64,000 nt of DNA from an uncultured Actinomycetes bacterium (GTDB lineage Bacteria > Actinomycetota > Acidimicrobiia > IMCC26256 > DASPTH01). Position 1 is the stretch's first letter, and every line of letters starts with the position of its first letter. Both the position numbers and the translations under genes were made by a program. A model generated the notes under the pieces. The model did not search any database, was not told the origin of the DNA, and worked only from the letters and a program-made list of their open reading frames with translations. The stretch is taken from the NCBI GenBank assembly GCA_963809795.1, contig CAWELN010000005.1:23772-87771 (forward strand), read 5' to 3'. Below, piece by piece: positions 57,707-64,000 of the stretch.

Positions 57707-58861
57707 TCAGCGCAGCAGGCGCGCCATGAGGCCGTGGGCGGGCACCGGGATCGCGCCGGCGACGCCGCGCTCGGAGTACTCACCGCCGGGACCGGGCTCG
57801 TCGCGATCGAAGAGCAGGTACGGCACCGGCTCCGACGTGTGGGTCCGGGCCGCGCACGGCGTGGCGTGGTCGGGCAGGAGGAGCACGCGGAACGGCTCGT
57901 CGCCCAGTGCGGCGACCAGCGGACCGATGATGTCGGCGTCCCAGCGTTCGAGCGATGCGACCTTCTCGTCGACGGCACCCTGGTGGCCCGCCTCGTCGGT
58001 GGCCTCCACGTGGAGGAGGAAGAGGTCACGGTCCGCGAGCGACGCCAGCGCCGCGTCACGCTGCGCGACGTAGTCGTTGTCGAAGCCGGCGGTGGCGCCG
58101 GGCACGTCGAGCACCTCGATGCCGGAGAGGACGCCGAGGCCGCGCACGAGGTCGACGGCCGACGACAACCGGCCGCGCACGCCGAAGCGGTCGGTGAAGT
58201 CGGGCAGGCGGGGTCGCGTCCCCTGGCCCCACAGCCAGATCTGGGTGGCGACCGAACCGACCTCGGCGGCGGCGGCCGCGACGACCGGCTTCGACGCGTC
58301 CATGAGCGCGGTGAGCTTGGGCGCGGCGGGACCGACCGGGAGCACGACGGGCTTCCCGGTGAGATCGTGGGGTGGCACGCACTCGGCGTCGCCGAAGTCG
58401 CGGGGCACGACGCACAGGTGCCGGTACTCGACGCCGGGGTGGAAGCGAACGCCGTCGCGCCCGTTGCCGAGCACGTCGTCGAGCGCGGCGACGATCACGT
58501 GACTCTGCTCACTGGTGACGTGACCGGCGGCGAAGTCGACCATGGTGCCGGCGTCGTCGACGGTGACCAGGTTGCAACGGAACGCGACCTCGTCGGGCGC
58601 GAGGTCGACGCCCATGGCCGCGGCCTCGATCGGCGCCCGGCCGGTGTGGTACTCGGTGGGGTCGTAGCCGAGGATGGCGAGGTTGCCGACGTCGCTCCCC
58701 GGCGGCAGCCCGGGCGGGATCACCTCGGCGAGCCCGACCTCGGCGGCGGCGGCCAGGCGGGCCAGGTTCGGCATGTGCGCGGCTTCGAGGGGCGTGCGCC
58801 CGCCGAGCTGGGCGAGCGGTTCGTCGGCGCACCCGTCGGGCACGAGCACGAGGTACTTCAT
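57707..58861 (-). CDS. Cofactor-independent phosphoglycerate mutase-like (ApgM family) metalloenzyme; candidate non-canonical homoserine kinase
   Basis: MKYLVLVPDGCADEP...TPLEAAHMPNLARLA...PGSDVGNLAILGYDP...HVEATDEAGH...LLLPDHATP, i.e. alkaline-phosphatase-superfamily metal ligands. Confidence 0.85.
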   Translation of the reverse strand: MKYLVLVPDGCADEPLAQLGGRTPLEAAHMPNLARLAAAAEVGLAEVIPPGLPPGSDVGNLAILGYDPTEYHTGRAPIEAAAMGVDLAPDEVAFRCNLVTVDDAGTMVDFAAGHVTSEQSHVIVAALDDVLGNGRDGVRFHPGVEYRHLCVVPRDFGDAECVPPHDLTGKPVVLPVGPAAPKLTALMDASKPVVAAAAAEVGSVATQIWLWGQGTRPRLPDFTDRFGVRGRLSSAVDLVRGLGVLSGIEVLDVPGATAGFDNDYVAQRDAALASLADRDLFLLHVEATDEAGHQGAVDEKVASLERWDADIIGPLVAALGDEPFRVLLLPDHATPCAARTHTSEPVPYLLFDRDEPGPGGEYSERGVAGAIPVPAHGLMARLLR

Positions 58862-58876
58862 TCCCCAAGGTTAGGT

Positions 58877-59070
58877 GGAGATGTAGCGGAGCCGTGCCCG
58901 GAGGGCGGGACGGCGCAGCGGAATCGACCCGAGGAACAGGAGATGTAGCGGAGCCGTGCCCGGAGGGCGGGACGGCGCAGCGGAATCGACCCGAGGAACA
59001 GGAGATGTAGCGGAGCCGTGCCCGGAGGGCGGGACGGCGCAGCGGAATCGACCTGAGGAACCGGAGATGC
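58877..59070. repeat. Tandem array of 3.1 copies of a 62-nt unit (family 1)
   Basis: GGAGATGTAGCGGAGCCGTGCCCGGAGGGCGGGACGGCGCAGCGGAATCGACCCGAGGAACA starts at 58877, 58939 and 59001. Copies 1 and 2 are identical and copy 3 has 2 changes. A partial fourth copy starts at 59063. Confidence 0.97.
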
Positions 59071-59084
59071 CGGTGGGCGGTTGC

Positions 59085-59432
59085 CTACTTGCCTTGGCTG
59101 TAGCTGTAGACACGCGGTTGGAAGGCAGCGACGGCGGCGCGAAGCGCCGGTGACGGCTCGCCGAACACGTCCAGCTCGAGGCCGCCGCCGAGCTCGACGA
59201 GGCGCGCGAGGAGCGGCCCTGCGCCGGCGAGGTGGGCAAGAAACGCGTCGGAGCTGGCATACGCCTCGCGCACGACGCATTCAGCGCCGTCGTCGCTGAA
59301 GAACCAGTCGTGTCGGAGCGTTCCCGGCTCGCCACGTATCGTCGCCAACGCCTCGGCGGCGAGCTGTTTGAACTCGTCGACCGCGTTCGGCGAGATGCTC
59401 GGAAAGGTCGCGTTGACCTGAAGCTGGCTCAT
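59085..59432 (-). CDS. ABM-like (antibiotic biosynthesis monooxygenase fold) protein
   Basis: 115 aa: QVNATFPSISPNAVDEFKQLAAEALATIRGEPGTLRHDWFFSDDGAECVVREAYASSDAFLAHL. Confidence 0.6.
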   Translation of the reverse strand: MSQLQVNATFPSISPNAVDEFKQLAAEALATIRGEPGTLRHDWFFSDDGAECVVREAYASSDAFLAHLAGAGPLLARLVELGGGLELDVFGEPSPALRAAVAAFQPRVYSYSQGK

Positions 59433-59459
59433 GGACTCTCTCTCGTCGTGTGAGGTTCG

Positions 59460-60902
59460 TCAGCTCGTTGGCGACGGCATGACGTTCTGGTTGAAGCGGA
59501 ACAGGTTCGACGGGTCGTAGCGATTCTTGAGCTGCTGGAGGCGTCGGTACGTGTCGGGGGCATAGGCCGCCCTGACGTTGTCTTCGCCCGCTTCCCCGGT
59601 GAAGTTCACGTAGGTGCGCCCAGCGCCGTAGCGGGCCATGGCTTCCCGTGCCGCCTGGGCCCACTCGCGGTGGCGTGGGAGATCGTCGGCATCAGGAGTG
59701 CGAGCGATGCAGTTGACGATGTACGACGATGTGCGATCGGTGAAGGGGGTGGCGTCGGAGGGGACACGAGCCATTGCGCCGCCGAGGTGGTGCATGTGGA
59801 GCTCGGCCTGCACCGGGAGGTCGGCGGACCTCCGATGGAAGTCGGCCAAGGTGCCGACGGCGTCGTCGGGGAGCTTCTCGATGAAGGCAGAGGTGAAGTA
59901 GTTCGCCGACCCCGGGCTCCACAGGCCGTCGAGGAGCTGTTGCAGCTCGACGTACGGCAGCGGCCCGATGAGGTCTGCCACCACGTTGCCGAGCGTGCGG
60001 AGGGGCTTGACCACGTCCGTACCCTCCGCCGGATCGCCGGCCCAGCAGACGGCGATGGCGGCGACCTTCTTGAAGTGCCACTCGACGGGCAGGAAGGGTG
60101 CCGGTGGCGCGGTGGCGAGGTTGACCAGCGAGCTCAGCTCGTCGGGCGCATCGGCGACGTGGTCGCGCCAACCGGCGACCACGTCGGCGGCGTCCTCGCC
60201 GGCGTAGAACACGACCCCACCGAGGACGGTGGGGCCGACGGGGTGGAGCGCCAGCTCCAGCGACGTCACGACGCCGAAGTTGCCGCCTCCGCCCCGAAGC
60301 CCCCAGTAGAGCTCGGCGTCGTCGTCGGGGCCGGCCCGCACCACGGAGCCGTCGGCGGTCACGACCTCGGCGGCGAGCAGGTTGTCGCACGCGAGGCCGT
60401 AGGCACGAACGAGATGGCCGATCCCGCCGCCCAGGGTGAACCCGCCCAGTCCCGTGCTCGAGACCAGCCCGCCGGTGGTGGCCAGGCCGTGGGCCTGCGT
60501 GGCGGCGTCGAACCCGGCCCACTTCGTCCCGCCGCCGGCGACCGCTCGGCGCGCGGTGGCGTCGACCGCAACGGTTGTCATCGCCGACAGGTCGACAACG
60601 ATGCCGTCGTCGCAGGTCGAGAAGCCGGCGACGCTGTGGCCTCCGCCCCGGATGGCCACCGGCAAGCCCTCGCTCGCGGCGAAGCGAACGGTCCGGACCA
60701 CGTCCTCGGTGCTCGCGGGACGCACGATCATTGCCGGGTGCTTGTCGATGGCGCGGTTCCAGACGTGCCGTGCCTCCTCGTACTCACCGTCGCCGGGCCG
60801 CACGAGCGAACCGGTGAGCCCCGTCTCGAGCTCGTTGATGGTCGCGTCGCCGAGCGCCTGTGTCATGTCGTCCTCTTTCGGAGTCGGTGCTGAGGACGTC
60901 AT
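59460..60902 (-). CDS. FAD-linked oxidase with C-terminal BBE-like domain
   Basis: PCMH FAD-binding domain [20 protein letters not shown]...[13 protein letters not shown] and [12 protein letters not shown]-terminal [23 protein letters not shown]. An alternative start is ATG 60866. Confidence 0.88.
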   Translation of the reverse strand: MTSSAPTPKEDDMTQALGDATINELETGLTGSLVRPGDGEYEEARHVWNRAIDKHPAMIVRPASTEDVVRTVRFAASEGLPVAIRGGGHSVAGFSTCDDGIVVDLSAMTTVAVDATARRAVAGGGTKWAGFDAATQAHGLATTGGLVSSTGLGGFTLGGGIGHLVRAYGLACDNLLAAEVVTADGSVVRAGPDDDAELYWGLRGGGGNFGVVTSLELALHPVGPTVLGGVVFYAGEDAADVVAGWRDHVADAPDELSSLVNLATAPPAPFLPVEWHFKKVAAIAVCWAGDPAEGTDVVKPLRTLGNVVADLIGPLPYVELQQLLDGLWSPGSANYFTSAFIEKLPDDAVGTLADFHRRSADLPVQAELHMHHLGGAMARVPSDATPFTDRTSSYIVNCIARTPDADDLPRHREWAQAAREAMARYGAGRTYVNFTGEAGEDNVRAAYAPDTYRRLQQLKNRYDPSNLFRFNQNVMPSPTS

Positions 60903-63900
60903 CGTGACGGCACCTTCTTTGCGCGCTCTTTGCAGGGCTCGCTCACCTCGCCGATCGCCGAGCGCCTGGAATCGCACCGCCGCCTCGGCCGCGGCACGGG
61001 CCGATGCGTCGGCGTCGCCGACGGCGCTGCGGAGATGCGCCACGAGCAGGTACTCCCAGCCGATGGCGTATGCCGGCGTGACCCCCCGGTCGGCCAGGAA
61101 CAGGCTCCTCTCCAGCGGTGGCAGGGCGGCGTCGACGACGCCGAGCTCCAGCTCGATGAGCCCTTGGATGTTGAGGGTGTGGGCGACGCCGGCGATGTCG
61201 CCGCTTCGCTCCATCATCGACACCGCTTCCTCGACGCGACGGCGGGCGATCGTCGGCTCCCCCAGCAGGGCGGCGACGTAGGACCTGCCCGGCGAGTTGC
61301 CATGGCGATGGAGCGCAGATCTCGCAAGGATCGGTGGACCTGCTCGGCGGCCTCGAAGCAGGCGAGCGCATCCGCCAGGTCGCCTGCCCACCGGAGCGTG
61401 TGTCCTCGCTGGCCGAGCGCGTAGCCGATGCCGAAGGTGTCGCCCACCGCGGCGAACCGGTCGATGGCGTCGTCGAGGAGCGCGAGCGCGAGATCCGTCC
61501 GGCCGCCGAGGCGCTCGGTGAGGGCGGCGGCCACCGCCAGGTGCCCGCGCGCCTGGGCGGCGCCGACGAGCCGGCCCAGCAGCATGGTGTCCTCGGCGAC
61601 GGGGAGGGGCACGGGTCCGCGATCGTCGACGATCCAGGACACGGTCAAGGTGGTGAAGAACGGCGATGACGCGTCGGGCACACGGTCGAGGGCGGCGCCC
61701 GCCTCGCGCAGGAGAGCCCGGGCGTCGTCCACCTCGCCGAGCGCCAGCGCCAGGACGGCCGCGAAATGGCGGGTACCGACGGCGATCGCCGGTTGCGACC
61801 CCGCCTGCGCCAGTGCCGCCGTCGAACGTCGCTTCACGCTCGGCCAGTCGTGTGCCATCAACATGAAGATCGACTCTTGATCGAGGGCGATGGCCATCGC
61901 GTCGTCGCCCAGGCCCTGCGAGGCCTCGGTGATGGCGACGGCAACGCCCACCACCGGCTCGAGGTCGCCACGACGGAGGTGCAGTACCGCCTTGGCGAAC
62001 AGGGCACGTGTCCGCAGCGCCGAAACCTCCGGGCACCGGTGGAGGGCACCGGTGAGCCAACCCAGGGCTTCGGCCAGCTGTCCACGCGACAGCTGGGCTC
62101 GCCACGTGCTGGCGGCGAGCTGCAGGGCCAGGCACGGCTGCTCGTTGGACGCGCTCGCGAACGCGGCGCGCAGGTTGTCCATCTCGACGTCGAACCACGG
62201 CGGAGGTTCGAGGACGACGGGCACACCGCGGTCGGGATCGTGTCGCGCCGCCTCCCGCGCGTACCAGGCCCGATGGCGCTCGACACATGCGGGCAGTTCA
62301 CCGGCATCACGGAGCTGAGCCTCGGCGTATTGCCGCACCACCTCGAGCATGCGATAGCGGGCGGCCTGCCCCGTCGTCTCGGCCGTCACCAGGGACTTGT
62401 CGACGAGACGACTGAGCACGTCGACGACGTCGCTGATCGCGGACACGGTGGCGGCGGCATCGAGGTCGAAGCCTCCTGCGAACACGGCCAGACGACGGAA
62501 CGCGACGCGTTCGTCGTCGAGCAAGAGGTCGTGACTCCAGTCGAGGGTGGCGGCCAGGGTCTGCTGGCGGTCCGGATGGCCGCGCCCGCGACGGGACAGG
62601 ACGGTGAGCGCATCGCCCAAGCTGGCGGACAGCTGTGCGACCGAGAGGTGGACGACGCGCACGGCGGCCAGTTCGAGCGCGAGGGGGATGCCGTCGAGAC
62701 GGCGACAGATCTCGGCGACCGGGGAAGCGGTGGCGGCATCGAGCACGAAGCTCGGCGACGCGTGCTGCGCTCGCTCGACGAACAGCTGGACGGATTCGAG
62801 ACGAGCCAGACCGTCGGGCGCGTGGTCATCTCCCGGAAGCTCGAGCGAGGGCACCCGCCAGGCGATCTCACCGGGATGGCCGAGCGGCTCGCGGCTCGTG
62901 GCCAGGATGACGAGATCGGGGCACCGCGCCAGGAGCTCGGTGGCCAACGGCACGACGGCGTCGAGGACGTGCTCGCAGTTGTCGAGAATGAGCAGGATCG
63001 CGCGGCTCGAGAGCTGGTCGACGAGCGCAGGGATCCACGGCCGGTTGCCCTCGAGGGAGAGGTCGAGAGCGCCGCCGACCGCCGACGGGACGCCGTCACC
63101 GTGCGTCACGCCTGCCAGCTCCACGAGCCAGACGCCGTCCGCCCAGCGCGAGCCCGCCACCTGACCGTGCGCCAGCTCGACGGCCAAGCGGGTCTTGCCT
63201 GCGCCGCCGGGGCCGGTGAGCGTGAGCAGGCGCGTCCGGTCGAGCACCCGGCCCAGCTCCGCCAGTTCACGATGACGACCGACGAAGCTCGTCGACAACG
63301 TGGGCAGGTTGTGCGGACACATCCCCGGATCGGGGGCGCCACCGACGAAGAGCCGCCGGTAGACGGCGGTCGTCTCCGGCTCGGGCGCGACGCCGTACGA
63401 CTCGGCGAGCCCGTCCCGTAGGCGCTCGAACGCCGCCGCCGCGTCCCAGCGTCGCCCGGTTGCGGCCAGCGCGACGAGGAGAGTCCGGTGCACGGCCTCG
63501 TCGAGCGGCCGCTCCGCCGCCACCGGTTCCAGCAGCTCGAGGGCTTGGTCGGCCAGTCCGTCGGCCATCAGGGCACGAGCGAGGTCCCCCACCAGCCGGT
63601 TTCGAACCGCGCTCAGCCGGTCGCGATGCGGCGCCGCCCAGTCCTCGTAGCGGTCCTCGGGGAGGAGGTCACCCGACCACAGGGTGAGCGCGTGGCGAAG
63701 GTCCTCGGGCGCACCGGTCGAGGCCGCGATCGCGGCCGCGGCCTCGAAGTCGTCGACGTCGACGGTGACGCCGCCCCCGCCAGCCGCCGCCGAGGACGAC
63801 GATCTCGTCCTGGAGAACGAGGTTCTCGGCGCCCACCACCTTGCGGGCCGCATGCAGCGCCTGATGGAAGTTGTTCGTGCCGACCGCCGGGTCGGCCTCG

Positions 63901-64000
63901 GGCCACAGCTGCTCGATGAGCACATCACGATGAACCCGATGGCCCGTCCCGAGCGCCAGGAGCTTGACGATCGTCTTTGCCTTCCGCAGCCGCCACGGTG
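60903..64000 (-). pseudogene. SARP/BTAD + NB-ARC/STAND ATPase + TPR regulator (AfsR-like), 5' end beyond the window, at least 2 apparent frameshifts (about 63775-63785 and about 61300-61320)
   Basis: wHTH frame: WRLRKAKTIVKLLALGTGHRVHRDVLIEQLWPEADP...LVLQDEIVVLGGG. Main frame: VTVDVDDFEAAA..LWSGDLLPEDRYEDW.., LTGPGGAGKTRLA, LLILDNCEH, GIPLALELAA. The third frame carries further TPR-like helices down to 60905. Confidence 0.8.

Noticed and set aside
58877-59070. The 62-nt repeats could be a small CRISPR array
   Set aside because: The units are directly contiguous with no unique spacers. No cas genes are nearby, and the same unit occurs singly and inverted at 29.04 and 36.33 kb. This is a tandem/dispersed intergenic repeat, not CRISPR.

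Overview
High-G+C (by eye about 70%, not computed), gene-dense chromosomal segment of actinobacterial type. From 28.6 to 58.9 kb, all on the minus strand, lies a conserved housekeeping backbone: ApgM-like protein, rho, rpmE, DUF1385, prfA, prmC, rpiB, glyA, wecA, atpI/Z-like genes and atpBEFHAGDC. Two blocks interrupt it: a liv-type ABC transporter with an amidohydrolase and an LLM oxidoreductase, and a tandem Cas4-like nuclease with DUF983 and an esterase. The left 25 kb is accessory, with two APH-family kinases, a methyltransferase, an LD-carboxypeptidase, an ADH/tautomerase operon and several decayed genes. The most unusual locus is at 9.2-17.4 kb. An ECF sigma factor is translationally coupled to a membrane-anchored 7-bladed YVTN beta-propeller and followed by two secreted paralogous propellers. 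That gives 21 near-identical 42-aa blades whose variation is confined to two loop positions. Directly upstream is a 1183-aa SARP/BTAD + class III cyclase + NB-ARC/STAND + TPR protein. A second SARP-STAND-TPR gene runs off the right edge. Three families of intergenic repeats are visible, including a perfect 3 x 62-nt tandem array and copies inside atp operon spacers. As given, the sequence has at least 10 apparent 1-nt frameshifts, several at G/C homopolymers and two at the 5' ends of essential genes (atpE, wecA). Many of the 'pseudogenes' may therefore be assembly indels. I recognised no rRNA, tRNA, CRISPR array, transposase, integrase or phage genes. All family calls come from motif and sequence recognition by eye; no searches were run.
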